Shown here: one piece after another, positions 1 to 10,013 of the stretch
How the letters are laid out: each line of letters starts with the position of its first letter
How positions within the stretch are numbered: the stretch's first letter is position 1
Source: Candidatus Magasanikiibacteriota bacterium
GTDB taxonomy: Bacteria; Patescibacteriota; Patescibacteriia; Magasanikbacterales; UBA922
Direction of reading: 5' to 3'
Assembly: GCA_018650085.1 (NCBI GenBank)
Contig: JABIGQ010000039.1
Location: 1-56,031, forward strand
DNA: 56,031 nucleotides
Notes under the pieces: generated by a model
Database searches by the model: none
The model's input: the letters and a program-made list of their open reading frames with translations, nothing else
What the model was told of the DNA's origin: nothing
Program-made: the position numbers and the translations under genes

Positions 1-384
1 AGTGATTTCATGCCCCGCTCTGTCTGTGGCAATGACTTTTATATCTTTATGTCGTTTTACTTTTCCATATGTCTTTGGTACAGAGAGACAGCCTTCTGTA
101 TCCCATGCTTTTTTTCTACTAATAGGCTCCCAACGTGGATTTATAAGCGCTATATTTTCTTGTGGGAGTTTATGTTTTTTAAAAGCGTCTTTCCCCATGA
201 CAAATAAACGTATGTTTTCTCCAACTTGAGGTGCTGCTAGCCCAATCCCGTCATCGGAGTACATAGTGTCTATCATATTATCTATGAGTTTTTGTGTTTT
301 TTCTTTTAATAATTCAATAGAAGGGATCTTTTCTGATACTTCTATAAGAATATTGTTTGGATGTGTAATAATAGGTAAAATCAT
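1..384 (-). CDS. def: Peptide deformylase (3' end runs off the window; missing from the ORF track)
   Basis: Manual reverse translation from ATG at 384 gives MILPIITHPNNIL...DDGIGLAAPQVG...LINPRW...EGCLSVP..., containing PDF motifs GxGxAAxQ and EGCLS. Confidence 0.95.
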   Translation of the reverse strand, partial: MILPIITHPNNILIEVSEKIPSIELLKEKTQKLIDNMIDTMYSDDGIGLAAPQVGENIRLFVMGKDAFKKHKLPQENIALINPRWEPISRKKAWDTEGCLSVPKTYGKVKRHKDIKVIATDRAGHEIT

Positions 385-392
385 ATAAGCAT

Positions 393-401
393 ATTATAGC
401 A
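393..401 (-). promoter_or_regulatory. Extended -10 promoter (TGC-TATAAT) 8 nt before the def ATG; probable leaderless mRNA
   Basis: Reverse complement reads TGCTATAAT atgcttat ATG. Confidence 0.6.
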
Positions 402-509
402 GAGTGTAGGTAATTTTTCAAGAGAATCTTGCTTGTTTTTATGCAGTGAATGGTGTATGCTAATTTATAGATATAAGATGTAACTTTATTCAATGTAAAC
501 AATAGATTT

Positions 510-1373
510 ATGTTATTTAATTTTAAAAGTTCAACAAAACTTGGCGTTGAAAAATTCTTTTTACATTCAATTGTATTTTATTTAGGAATATTATCTCCTG
601 GGATAGCTTTTTTGTTTATGGGATTGGGGGTTCCTGCATATCAGGAAGATGCTATTTTTGGTGTATATTCTTTTTTAATAAGGACTTATTATGTTTTTGC
701 CCCTATAATTTTTATGGCGACATTAAGTTTTTTTATTATATTTGTATTAAATAAAACTAAAAGGATTTATAAGTGGCAAGTAATAAGTCTTTGGGCTGGT
801 TTTTTTGCAGCTATATTTGGGTTAATATCTGGTTTTTTGTGGCAAGGTACAGGAATGATATCTTATTTAATATTTTTTTGGACTCCAGTGGGGGCTCCTT
901 GGATAACCCCAGTTATTTATTGGCTCGCTGCAAGAAAGGCTCAAAAAATGTATGCTAATAAAAATGATAAATCTGTAATTTATGGTGCTTTGATAAATAT
1001 TCCTTTTGTATACGCTGCTATGATCTGGGCACATAAAATACAAGAGAACACGCCACATTTAGCAGGAGACAGATGTTTTGTAGTAACAGCTACACAAGAT
1101 GTGCCTTCTATATTTGCAGATAAGATAATGTTAAATGGTAATTATGTAACCAAACAATTATTAATAATAAAAGGTGGAGAATTTTTTATAGAAAGAAATT
1201 TTCCTTATGTGCATGTTTTATTTAGAAAAGTATATAATAAGATTGGGCCAACTATAGCTAATGCTATTGAAAAATCAACAGTTTTGGTTATTATAGTATA
1301 TTTTTTATTAAAACCAATAGAATACTTATTTTATTTTTTGTTAAAGCAAAGTAAAAAAACTGAAAACTCGTGA
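510..1373 (+). CDS. Multi-pass membrane protein with C-terminal CFI-box-CTERM / DUF6688-like domain
   Basis: About 5 hydrophobic segments, then RCFVVTA...FRKVYNKIGPTIA...YFLLKPIE. Confidence 0.7.
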   Translation: MLFNFKSSTKLGVEKFFLHSIVFYLGILSPGIAFLFMGLGVPAYQEDAIFGVYSFLIRTYYVFAPIIFMATLSFFIIFVLNKTKRIYKWQVISLWAGFFAAIFGLISGFLWQGTGMISYLIFFWTPVGAPWITPVIYWLAARKAQKMYANKNDKSVIYGALINIPFVYAAMIWAHKIQENTPHLAGDRCFVVTATQDVPSIFADKIMLNGNYVTKQLLIIKGGEFFIERNFPYVHVLFRKVYNKIGPTIANAIEKSTVLVIIVYFLLKPIEYLFYFLLKQSKKTENS

Positions 1374-1403
1374 TATTTTGTATAAGCACTATAAATGCTT
1401 TAG

Positions 1404-1496
1404 GTAGTGTATATACGTTTAATAAATAAAAGATCTATGGGGCGTGATAAGGATAAAAAGGATATAGAATTAATAGAGGAGTATTTAAAAGGATAA
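1404..1496 (+). pseudogene. C-terminal remnant of a nucleotidyltransferase-like gene
   Basis: Open frame VVYIRLINKRSMGRDKDKKDIELIEEYLKG*, resembling the K..GR.KD..DI..I tail of small nucleotidyltransferase-fold proteins; in-frame stop at 1401-1403. Confidence 0.45.
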
Positions 1497-1507
1497 TTAA
1501 TATTACT

Positions 1508-1828
1508 ATGACATTAGAATTTCTTAGACAATTTCGTTTGTATAACTATGCTATTTTTGATTTTGTAGTATCTTTTTTAGGAATATATTTACTATCTCCT
1601 TTTTTATCAAAAATGTTTTTGAAAATCAGAATTGATATACCAAAGAAAAATTGGCTATTTTTAACATTACCACTGTCTATTATTATTCATATACTTGTAG
1701 GGAATATAACCCCAATGACAAGAGACTTTTTAGATATCCATGGACATTATGTGTTAAAAGTAGTATTATTTGTCTTATTGATTTTAGGGTTAAAGGGTAT
1801 AAAAATAGTAAATAAAAAACTAATATGA
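1508..1828 (+). CDS. Small 3-TM membrane protein, hypothetical
   Basis: 106 aa with three hydrophobic helices; stop overlaps the next start (ATGA). Confidence 0.75.
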   Translation: MTLEFLRQFRLYNYAIFDFVVSFLGIYLLSPFLSKMFLKIRIDIPKKNWLFLTLPLSIIIHILVGNITPMTRDFLDIHGHYVLKVVLFVLLILGLKGIKIVNKKLI

Positions 1829-2184
1829 TAAAACAAATAGGTTTAGTGAAAGAATTTCATAAAAAATTTAATACTCCAGTGTTGGAAAGTCTATCTTTAA
1901 TTCCAGAAGACAGATCTTTAAATAGATATAAATTGATGAAAGATGAGGTTGAAGAATATAAAAAGGGGACGGAAGAAAAAAATATTGAAAATATTGCAAA
2001 AGAATTAGCAGATGTTTTATATACGGTTTATGGAACTATATTAGAACACGGACTTCAAGATAAAATGGAAGCAGTATTTAAAGAAGTGCATGATTCAAAC
2101 ATGAGTAAAGATTATCATGAATACAAGATGATAAAAGGAGATAATTATTTTAAAGCAAATATCAGTAAAACTTTAAAAAACTAA
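1825..2184 (+). CDS. MazG-like / PRA-PH family NTP pyrophosphohydrolase
   Basis: VKEFHKKF...LMKDEVEEY...IAKELADVLYTVYGT...EVHDSNMSK, all-alpha NTP-PPase motifs. Confidence 0.85.
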   Translation: MIKQIGLVKEFHKKFNTPVLESLSLIPEDRSLNRYKLMKDEVEEYKKGTEEKNIENIAKELADVLYTVYGTILEHGLQDKMEAVFKEVHDSNMSKDYHEYKMIKGDNYFKANISKTLKN

Positions 2185-2185
2185 T

Positions 2186-3799
2186 ATGATTTCAATCCAA
2201 CAAATACAACTACCAATTACTCACATTACTGCTGATTTAGAAAAAAAGATGGCAGATATTTTAGGAGTGCATGTAAACAGAACAAAAGATTATACTATCA
2301 CAAAGCGTGCAATAGACTCTAGAAAAAAACGAGAGATGATATATTTGGTTTATTCTGTGGATGTAGAGATAGATGATGAAGAAGCAGTATTAAAAAATAG
2401 AGCAGTGATGAAGAATAAAAAACATCATAGGATAGAGATAAAAGAAACGTATGAGTATGAGATTCCAGATATTGATTTGTCACAAGTAGATAAACGACCA
2501 ATAATTATAGGTACGGGGCCAAGTGGACTTTTTACAGCATTATTACTCTCAAAGGCAGGAATGAAGCCACTTGTTATAGAACGAGGAGGAAATGTAGATG
2601 CACGAGTAAAAGACGTGGAAGATTTTCTAGGAGAAGGAGAATTAAATACATCTTCAAACATCCAATTTGGTGAGGGAGGGGCAGGGACGTTTTCCGATGG
2701 AAAATTAAATACACTTATTACCAATCCACGGATTAAATATATTTTTGATGAATTTGTACATGCAGGAGCACCGACAAGTATTTTATGGGATGCAAAGCCT
2801 CATATAGGAACAGATAAAATACGAAAAGTAGCAAAAAACATGAGAAAACAAATTATTGAATTAGGAGGAGAATTTCGTTTCAATACTACACTTACAGATA
2901 TAAAAATCACTGACAATGTAATAACAAGTATTGTGCTTGATGAAGCAGAAGAAATAGAAACAGATACACTTGTTTTAGCTATAGGGTATTCTGCACGTGA
3001 TACCTATAGAATGCTGTATGAAAAAAAGGTAGATCTAGAACAAAAACAATTTTCAATAGGTGTGCGAATAGAACACAAGGCAGAGATGATAAATAAAGCA
3101 CAGTATGCGAAGTTTTATGATAATAAGAAATTAGGAAGTGCGAAATATAAGCTGGTAAGTCATAGTAAGGAGAATAGAAGTGTCTATTCATTTTGTATGT
3201 GCCCTGGAGGCTATGTCATGCCTTCTACAGCGCAGGATGGGTGCTTGGTTACGAACGGTATGAGTGAATACGCACAAGATGGAGAGAACTCAAATGCGGC
3301 ACTCTTGGTCAACGTAGGGAAAGAAGATTTCAAATCAGATCATCCACTAGCGGGTATGCAGTTTCAAGAAAAATGGGAGAAAAAAGCATTTGAATTGGGT
3401 GGATCAAATTATCATGCGCCAGTTCAGCTGGTAGGAGATTTTCTAGAAAATAAAAAAACTGTTAAAATGAAAAGTATTACTCCTACATATAAACCGGGAG
3501 TAACTCCTACGTCATTATCTGAGTGTTTACCAAATTTTGTTGTGGCAAGTATAAAAGAAGCTTTACCACATTTAAATAATAAGATAAAAGGTTTTTCTCA
3601 TCCAGATGCAGTACTTACTGCTATAGAAAGTAGATCATCATCCCCGCTACGTATTACTCGAGATAAAGAAAGCATGCAATCAACAAATATTGCAGGAATC
3701 TATCCAGCGGGTGAAGGGGCAGGCTATGCAGGAGGAATAGTTTCTTCTGCAGTAGATGGATTAAAAGTAGGGGAAGCAATTATTAAAAATTATGTATAA
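2186..3799 (+). CDS. NAD(P)/FAD-dependent oxidoreductase (uncharacterised FAD-dependent dehydrogenase family)
   Basis: IIGTGPSG Rossmann motif, GEGGAGTFSDGKL, SFCMCPGG, GEGAGYAGGIVSSAVDG. Confidence 0.9.
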   Translation: MISIQQIQLPITHITADLEKKMADILGVHVNRTKDYTITKRAIDSRKKREMIYLVYSVDVEIDDEEAVLKNRAVMKNKKHHRIEIKETYEYEIPDIDLSQVDKRPIIIGTGPSGLFTALLLSKAGMKPLVIERGGNVDARVKDVEDFLGEGELNTSSNIQFGEGGAGTFSDGKLNTLITNPRIKYIFDEFVHAGAPTSILWDAKPHIGTDKIRKVAKNMRKQIIELGGEFRFNTTLTDIKITDNVITSIVLDEAEEIETDTLVLAIGYSARDTYRMLYEKKVDLEQKQFSIGVRIEHKAEMINKAQYAKFYDNKKLGSAKYKLVSHSKENRSVYSFCMCPGGYVMPSTAQDGCLVTNGMSEYAQDGENSNAALLVNVGKEDFKSDHPLAGMQFQEKWEKKAFELGGSNYHAPVQLVGDFLENKKTVKMKSITPTYKPGVTPTSLSECLPNFVVASIKEALPHLNNKIKGFSHPDAVLTAIESRSSSPLRITRDKESMQSTNIAGIYPAGEGAGYAGGIVSSAVDGLKVGEAIIKNYV

Positions 3800-3811
3800 T
3801 ATAAAAATCAT

Positions 3812-4069
3812 ATGATGTGGCAAGACATGGTGTTAATGGTAGTAAGTATTGTTTTTTCTGTAGCATTATTTCCTCAAGTATATTATGGATTTAAAGAAAA
3901 AAAAGGAGAGATTAAATATTTTACATCTATTCCTACATTTATAGGATTATATGTTATTTGTGGAGTATATTTTTCGCTAGGTTTGTTTTTCTCAGCAGTA
4001 ATGGCAATAATGACTGGAACACTTTGGTTTATCTTATTTATACAAAGATGGAGATATAATAAATCCTAA
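3812..4069 (+). CDS. PQ-loop / SemiSWEET-like 3-TM protein
   Basis: 85 aa, three TM helices, ALFPQV motif after TM1. Confidence 0.65.
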   Translation: MMWQDMVLMVVSIVFSVALFPQVYYGFKEKKGEIKYFTSIPTFIGLYVICGVYFSLGLFFSAVMAIMTGTLWFILFIQRWRYNKS

Positions 4070-4073
4070 TTTT

Positions 4074-5012
4074 ATGAAAAAAATAATTGCAATTTACTTT
4101 TCAGATTCGGAGCCAATGGGTTATCCATTTCAAAAATCACAATATCTAGAACGGTATCAGGAAATAATGATAGATTTAGAAGATAATGATATAGATGTAT
4201 ATATTGTGCGTGGAGATAGCTATATCTTAGATGGGAAATTTAAAAAAGGGTGGAGATTTGTAAATGGAATATTAGAAGAATCAGATGGAGAAATTCAAGC
4301 AGATTTAATTTTTAATCGTGATCATTTAAATACAATTCCACGTATTACAGATTGTCAAATTATTAATCAAGTAGAATTTGATGAATTGTGTATTGATAAG
4401 ATAAAAACACATGAAGCATTCCCAGATATTTCTCCTAAAACAGGATACATCCATTCATACCAAGCATTTATAGAGCAAATACAAGAGTGGGGGATGGAAG
4501 CAGATGATATAATAGTGTTAAAAAAGAATTTTTTATTAGAAGGACGAGGTGTATTTATTCTTCCAATTAAAGAAGTTACAAAAGATTTATATAAAGATTG
4601 GGATGATATATTAATTCAAGAATTTTTAGATAGTTCTGCTGGAATTCCTGGAATTGTAGAAGGAATTCACGATTTACGTGTGACAGTTGTAAATGGTAAA
4701 GCAATAAACTCATTTGTGCGTACACCAAAAGAGGGGAGCTATGTAGCAAATATTGCTAGGGGCGGAAGTGGTATGGCGCTTGAGATTGAAAAAGTCCCAA
4801 GTGAAGTTATTGCATTAATTTCTAAAATAGATAAAAAAATAAATACATATTTCCCAGCTATATATTCTGCAGATTTTATATATTCAGGGAAAGAATATAA
4901 ATTGTTGGAATTAAATTCACGTCCAGGTGTTCAGCATCGTGATTGGTCTAAAACATATAAAAAGTTTCATGATGCATTGATTGATATGCTTGTGGAAGCA
5001 GTAAAAAAATAA
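4074..5012 (+). CDS. RimK-like ATP-grasp ligase
   Basis: DKIKT, IQEFLDSS, HDLRVTV, ANIARGG, SADF, LLELNSRPG. Confidence 0.85.
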   Translation: MKKIIAIYFSDSEPMGYPFQKSQYLERYQEIMIDLEDNDIDVYIVRGDSYILDGKFKKGWRFVNGILEESDGEIQADLIFNRDHLNTIPRITDCQIINQVEFDELCIDKIKTHEAFPDISPKTGYIHSYQAFIEQIQEWGMEADDIIVLKKNFLLEGRGVFILPIKEVTKDLYKDWDDILIQEFLDSSAGIPGIVEGIHDLRVTVVNGKAINSFVRTPKEGSYVANIARGGSGMALEIEKVPSEVIALISKIDKKINTYFPAIYSADFIYSGKEYKLLELNSRPGVQHRDWSKTYKKFHDALIDMLVEAVKK

Positions 5013-6863
5013 TTAAGCTCGCAGTATATTACTAGGAGAAGGATCTATGAGCCAGTCACTGGGTACATACGGGTGAAACCAAGCAGAAAGTTGTTCCCAA
5101 TGTTCTTGTGGCATATGAGCAATAATCGCATACCAATATTGTTTTCTATAATATACAGGATGCAAAGAAAAAGGGCCTTGTAATTTTATAGGCTTTTTTT
5201 GTTTTTCAATAATATCAGAAAGAGTATCATATATACGCTTTGCTTCTTTTTTTGCTACGTCTTCATTTATATGACGATACATGTATCGCACCACATATCC
5301 ATATGGAGGATAGCCAAATTGCTTTCTTGTTTTTAATTCAATATCATAAAAATCTTTTGGGTTTCCAAGTGAAGTAAAGAGAATATGATCTGGATGACGT
5401 GTCTGGATAATATAGTTTGCTGTTTTTTCTTTTAGAAAAATAATATCATGAATAAAATGCCAAATACTTTCTTGTGCTCTATATTCTGGTAAAGCAAGTT
5501 GTCGATCTATGTCTAAACAAACAATAGTACCTGTTTTCTCCCAGTCCACATAGGACATAGCACGTTTTGTTCCAACTATAACATGTGGTGTATCATAATC
5601 AATCTCTGGTGTTTCCTCACCATCTATACGATATACAGGTGTATGTGGTAATAATTTTTTCACAGCTTCTTCTACCAACTGAGTCCCAATTCCACCACGT
5701 AATTTAACCATATTTGAATGACAAGAAGGGCATGTATTTTTTATAGGAGCTTTTGTATGACAATAATGACAATGGAGTGCATTGGTAGTTTGATGATAGA
5801 CCATTGGCAAGCTACACTCTGCACAGGTATGAACAAATCCACAATCTTGGCAGCGAAGAGATGACGCATAACCACGACGATTTAGGAAAAGAAATATATT
5901 CTTTTTTTCATCTATTAATCGTTCTTCTACAGATGGTGCAAATGGTCCATAATTCCCAGTAGCATGTGCTCCTCTCATATCTATAATAGTTGGCAAATCA
6001 GGTACTATGGGTAGTGTAGTGTCTGTATGATGAGCTACCATATCTATACTAGGGGAGTAAGTCATGAGTGTGAGTGTACATTTTTTTTCACGTGCTATAT
6101 ATGTAGCTATGTCTCTGGCATCAAATCGTGGATTTTGATCCCAATGTTTGTGATCTCCACTATGTACTTTATCGATTATTATTGATGTCATATTATAAAA
6201 AGGGAGGAAAATTGCTCCACGAGTTCCTATAATAATATCTACTTCTCCATTTCGTATTTGTATCCAGCGACTAAATTGTTCTTTTGTGGATAATCCACTG
6301 TAATAGGTGATTGTTTTTTCTTGTTGTTTTTTATCTAGAAGATTATATACAATATCAAGTGAAGAAACATCTGGAACTAAAATAAGTGTTTGCCCTTTTT
6401 CTCCAATGGCTTGTTTTACAGCTATTCCACGCTGTTTTTTATCTCCATAAATAGTTTGTTTTTCATGGTGCTTTGTCTTTATTTTCTTATTACATATTTC
6501 AAGTTCCATTTTTCCTAGCTTTCTTTTTTGCATTGGAAGTAATGCCATCTTTGCAATAACACCTATAGAAACACCATACCATGTGCTCCATGTTTGCCAT
6601 GCTTGCATATCTGTAGAAGACACAAGTGGAGTGTCATGTATGATATCTATAATCATTTTTGTATTATGCTGTGGAAGAACCTTTGGGGTATAAGAAGATA
6701 AAACAATCCCAAATATTTGGGATGAACGAAGAGGGATACTTACCAGTTGCCCTGGGGCTATGCGTGATTCTAATTCTTCTGGAACGGTGTAAGTAAGTGA
6801 AGAAATATGTTTTGGGAATCGTTTTATGGGGATAATATCTACAAACATATTAGGGGAGTTCAC
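5013..6863 (-). CDS. priA: Primosomal protein N' (PriA) with degenerate helicase motifs; start possibly 6848
   Basis: N-terminal LTYTVP..GQLVSIP 3'-DNA-binding domain, IIIGTRGAIFLP, FLNRRGYA, four CxxC pairs, RKQFGYPPY. Confidence 0.9.
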   Translation of the reverse strand: MNSPNMFVDIIPIKRFPKHISSLTYTVPEELESRIAPGQLVSIPLRSSQIFGIVLSSYTPKVLPQHNTKMIIDIIHDTPLVSSTDMQAWQTWSTWYGVSIGVIAKMALLPMQKRKLGKMELEICNKKIKTKHHEKQTIYGDKKQRGIAVKQAIGEKGQTLILVPDVSSLDIVYNLLDKKQQEKTITYYSGLSTKEQFSRWIQIRNGEVDIIIGTRGAIFLPFYNMTSIIIDKVHSGDHKHWDQNPRFDARDIATYIAREKKCTLTLMTYSPSIDMVAHHTDTTLPIVPDLPTIIDMRGAHATGNYGPFAPSVEERLIDEKKNIFLFLNRRGYASSLRCQDCGFVHTCAECSLPMVYHQTTNALHCHYCHTKAPIKNTCPSCHSNMVKLRGGIGTQLVEEAVKKLLPHTPVYRIDGEETPEIDYDTPHVIVGTKRAMSYVDWEKTGTIVCLDIDRQLALPEYRAQESIWHFIHDIIFLKEKTANYIIQTRHPDHILFTSLGNPKDFYDIELKTRKQFGYPPYGYVVRYMYRHINEDVAKKEAKRIYDTLSDIIEKQKKPIKLQGPFSLHPVYYRKQYWYAIIAHMPQEHWEQLSAWFHPYVPSDWLIDPSPSNILRA

Positions 6864-7647
6864 AATTACCTACTAAATATCCCACCCCAAAAGGATATTC
6901 ATAAGAGTATCGTTTAAATTGATAATTTATTTCAGATAATATACCAAGTAAAATTAATATAGAACGATATCCACATTCTTGTGCAGCCTCTATCATTTTT
7001 TCATCCATAGTGAGTACCCCTACAGTGTTTTTTGTTTCAAGCATTTGCATAAGTCTTTTATCAAAAAATGCACCTTCTTTATCATGTGGAGCAGGGGAGT
7101 TTTTTGTTAGGCAATGAGATAAATCTCCAGAAGCAATAACTGCAATACGTTCTGGTCTTTCTTGAATAAATGATTGGAGAAATTGCCCAAACTGTAGGTG
7201 AGCTTTTGTGCTTAATTGAGAAAAACCAATAGGAACAATGCGGGTATCTTTCATATGTTCTGTCATGAAAAATAATGGAACACTGCTACCATGATCAAGT
7301 GTTTCATTGGCAATAAAACGAGTAGGAAGCTTTGCTTTGTGGCAGTTTGTAGAAAGTGCTTCTACAAACATAGGTGCTCCGTGCCAATGATGTGTTGTAG
7401 ATAAATCACCAAATTGTTCATATGTGGCAGTATATTTAGACGCAGCATTTATGCTAAATGTATCTTCAAATACTCCTTGGTGAGGAGAAATCATGATAAT
7501 AATATCTGGTTTTGCAATATAAAGATCACGTGCTAATTGTTCTAGCCCATCTAGTGTTTTTTCCAATGAGTCTTCTGCTTTTTCTTTTCCTATAGAAGGT
7601 AATAATATAGGAGCATGTGGAGTAATTCCTGCAAATACTAATGGCAT
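6850..7647 (-). CDS. AmmeMemoRadiSam system protein B / LigB-Memo-like dioxygenase-fold protein
   Basis: PHAP, ISPH, LDHGSSVP, IASGDLSHCL, ECGYRS, YEYPFGVGY. Confidence 0.85.
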   Translation of the reverse strand: MPLVFAGITPHAPILLPSIGKEKAEDSLEKTLDGLEQLARDLYIAKPDIIIMISPHQGVFEDTFSINAASKYTATYEQFGDLSTTHHWHGAPMFVEALSTNCHKAKLPTRFIANETLDHGSSVPLFFMTEHMKDTRIVPIGFSQLSTKAHLQFGQFLQSFIQERPERIAVIASGDLSHCLTKNSPAPHDKEGAFFDKRLMQMLETKNTVGVLTMDEKMIEAAQECGYRSILILLGILSEINYQFKRYSYEYPFGVGYLVGNCELP

Positions 7648-7650
7648 ATA

Positions 7651-9918
7651 TTAAAATGTTTTTATAGCCCAGCGAGTCAATGTATCTGGGTGTTCAAATC
7701 GTGTCCGGATATCTGGATTTCCAAGTGTAATAATAATAAATTCTTTTCCATCACTTTTTCGTTTTACTTTCATTGCTAGATTTGCTCCAGATTCTGGCAG
7801 ATATCCAGTTTTGCTTCCTATTATTTCATATGGGAGATTTTTTTCTTCCAGAAGTTCATTTGAATGATAATCATAATGTTGTGGTTTTCCATCTAGATCA
7901 TGTGCTTCTGTATACTTATAATATTTTTTCCCTAAGTATGATTTGATAGTCATTTGTTTCATAGCAATATCAAAAAGAGCAACATAATCTCTTGCAGTTC
8001 CTACAGTATGTTCTGATTCACCAGTGACATCTTTAAATGTTGTTTTATTCATTCCCAGTGTTTCTGCACGGGTATTCATAGAGGTGATAAATATAGATTC
8101 ATCTTTTTCTACCGCATCTACAATAATACGAATAGGAGTATTGAGTGAAGAAACTAATCCTGCATCTAGAAGATCTCTATACATTATTTTTTCTCCCTTT
8201 ACTATACGAAAATAATGATATGTTGCTTTATGATTAGCCGGATCATATGTTCCTGCTGTATTTACGCGAAGTCCTGAATACACTGCTTCATATGTGCTCA
8301 TTACTTTTGTCAGAGATGCCAATGGACGAATAACATCTGCATTTTTACTTGCAAGCATTTTCTTTGCTTTCACGTCATATATTGCATATGCATCTACAGG
8401 AGTATCAAAGGTTGGGCCTGTTGTGATTGTTTTTTCTTTTGGGGTGACTTGCATCTCTGTATCTTCTTCAATGATGGTTTCTGTGGTAGATTTATGTACA
8501 TCTCCTACAATGATTGGTTCTTTTTCTATTGTTATGGGACGTTGGAGATAAAGTGCTTGTCCTGTTTGATGAATTGAACCAGTAAAAAAATCAGTCTTTA
8601 CAATTTGATCCCAACTATACCCAAGTCCGTTGAATACTTCTTCTGTTGCAATATGGCGTTTTTTCCCATGTTCTATAACATATACGGAATTATATCCGTT
8701 TATCAAGATAAGCGTTCCATCTTTAAATGGAAGAGGATTTTTTACAGTTACAGAGCCAAGTGAAGATAGCGTATCAGTATCTATAGTTAAATGTGGAAAA
8801 TTAATTTTTGCTATCTGTTCATCAGTGAGTGGAAAAAGATTCTTTTCTTTTTGATAATAAATAACACCGTCTTCTTTTGCGCGAAAGAGTCTGCCCATAG
8901 GGGATGCACTGTCTGCTTTTATCGTATCTCCAATAGTATATTTTTTTAATTCAGTACTAGTAATTTCTACTGTCTCATCTGGATGATAGCCAAGTTGTTT
9001 TACTGTTTGGGAATTCGCAAATGGACGAAGAGTATCATAATCTAATAGATAATATTTTGTTCCTTGTTTTACAATAGAATAATTTGGGAGTGTTATATCT
9101 TTTTCTGCATCATAACGAGAAAGTTCTGAAGATGGGACAGTAAGTATTTTCTTTGGGTCAAATCTAGTGACAAGTGCAGTAAATGAAGTAAATGCTCGTT
9201 TTTTTCCATTATCAATAAGATATATTATATCATCTCCAACTGCCTGGAGAAGAGATCCATCTGGATATGCATGATTTGCAAACCAATCTTGCCAGAGTAA
9301 CCAGAAATTTTTATTTCCATGTAAATGTGGTGTATACGTATAGAGGAATGCAGTAGCATTGTTTTCTGGAGTAATATTTTCTCCATCTATATTATATGTA
9401 TGATTTGCTTGTTTGATCCAAGATTCTTTTTTTACATTATCATAATACCAGCGAATGACTCCTGCTGCTTTATCTACTTGTTTCCCAAATCCTTTATTAT
9501 TTAAATACATATCACAACTCCAACCACATCCATCTGTAATACCATATCCAGCAGCTCCGTTTAATTGATTATCTGAAGGAGTTTTATCTGTGATAAGGCT
9601 TTGTTCTTTTTGGAGTTTTACGAGTAAATATTTTGGATTAATAGTATGTTCTTGGCTTGCGCGATAAATAATATCTGAGGCAAAACGACGAGTTCCTTCC
9701 CAGTCAGCTGTTTTATAAGTAGAAAGATAACTGTTGTAATTATTTAAAAATGCATCAATATCTGCACGATTCATGCTGGTAGATTCCTGTATTTCAGCAT
9801 CTGAGATAATATGGTTAGGATTAAAATCATCAGAAGATACTGCAAATACTGTTGGAGAAATCAACAGTGAAAGGAGAAGAAACATTATGGTTGAGACGTG
9901 TAATTTTTTTATATTCAT
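7651..9918 (-). CDS. Secreted multidomain D-alanyl-D-alanine carboxypeptidase (peptidase S11) with N-terminal lysozyme-like domain and internal repeats
   Basis: Signal peptide; INPKYLLVKLQKEQSL...ATAFLYTYTPH domain; four DG.L....Y.I repeats; C-terminal SLTK, SLN and KTG motifs. Confidence 0.85.
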   Translation of the reverse strand: MNIKKLHVSTIMFLLLSLLISPTVFAVSSDDFNPNHIISDAEIQESTSMNRADIDAFLNNYNSYLSTYKTADWEGTRRFASDIIYRASQEHTINPKYLLVKLQKEQSLITDKTPSDNQLNGAAGYGITDGCGWSCDMYLNNKGFGKQVDKAAGVIRWYYDNVKKESWIKQANHTYNIDGENITPENNATAFLYTYTPHLHGNKNFWLLWQDWFANHAYPDGSLLQAVGDDIIYLIDNGKKRAFTSFTALVTRFDPKKILTVPSSELSRYDAEKDITLPNYSIVKQGTKYYLLDYDTLRPFANSQTVKQLGYHPDETVEITSTELKKYTIGDTIKADSASPMGRLFRAKEDGVIYYQKEKNLFPLTDEQIAKINFPHLTIDTDTLSSLGSVTVKNPLPFKDGTLILINGYNSVYVIEHGKKRHIATEEVFNGLGYSWDQIVKTDFFTGSIHQTGQALYLQRPITIEKEPIIVGDVHKSTTETIIEEDTEMQVTPKEKTITTGPTFDTPVDAYAIYDVKAKKMLASKNADVIRPLASLTKVMSTYEAVYSGLRVNTAGTYDPANHKATYHYFRIVKGEKIMYRDLLDAGLVSSLNTPIRIIVDAVEKDESIFITSMNTRAETLGMNKTTFKDVTGESEHTVGTARDYVALFDIAMKQMTIKSYLGKKYYKYTEAHDLDGKPQHYDYHSNELLEEKNLPYEIIGSKTGYLPESGANLAMKVKRKSDGKEFIIITLGNPDIRTRFEHPDTLTRWAIKTF

Positions 9919-10013
9919 AGTACCTAACAGTATAGCATAATATCATGGTGTAAGCAATTGCGTTTTTAGTATAATTTTGGTATACTTTTAATGTTATTTT
10001 TATCTATATTTAT

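Noticed and set aside
2..502. Short ORFs 2-229, 10-207 and 314-502 in the track
   Set aside because: Shadows of def (minus strand 384 to 1) and its promoter region
4074..5012. ATP-grasp ligase as a RiPP (graspetide) system
   Set aside because: No adjacent precursor peptide with repeated core motifs; neighbours are unrelated
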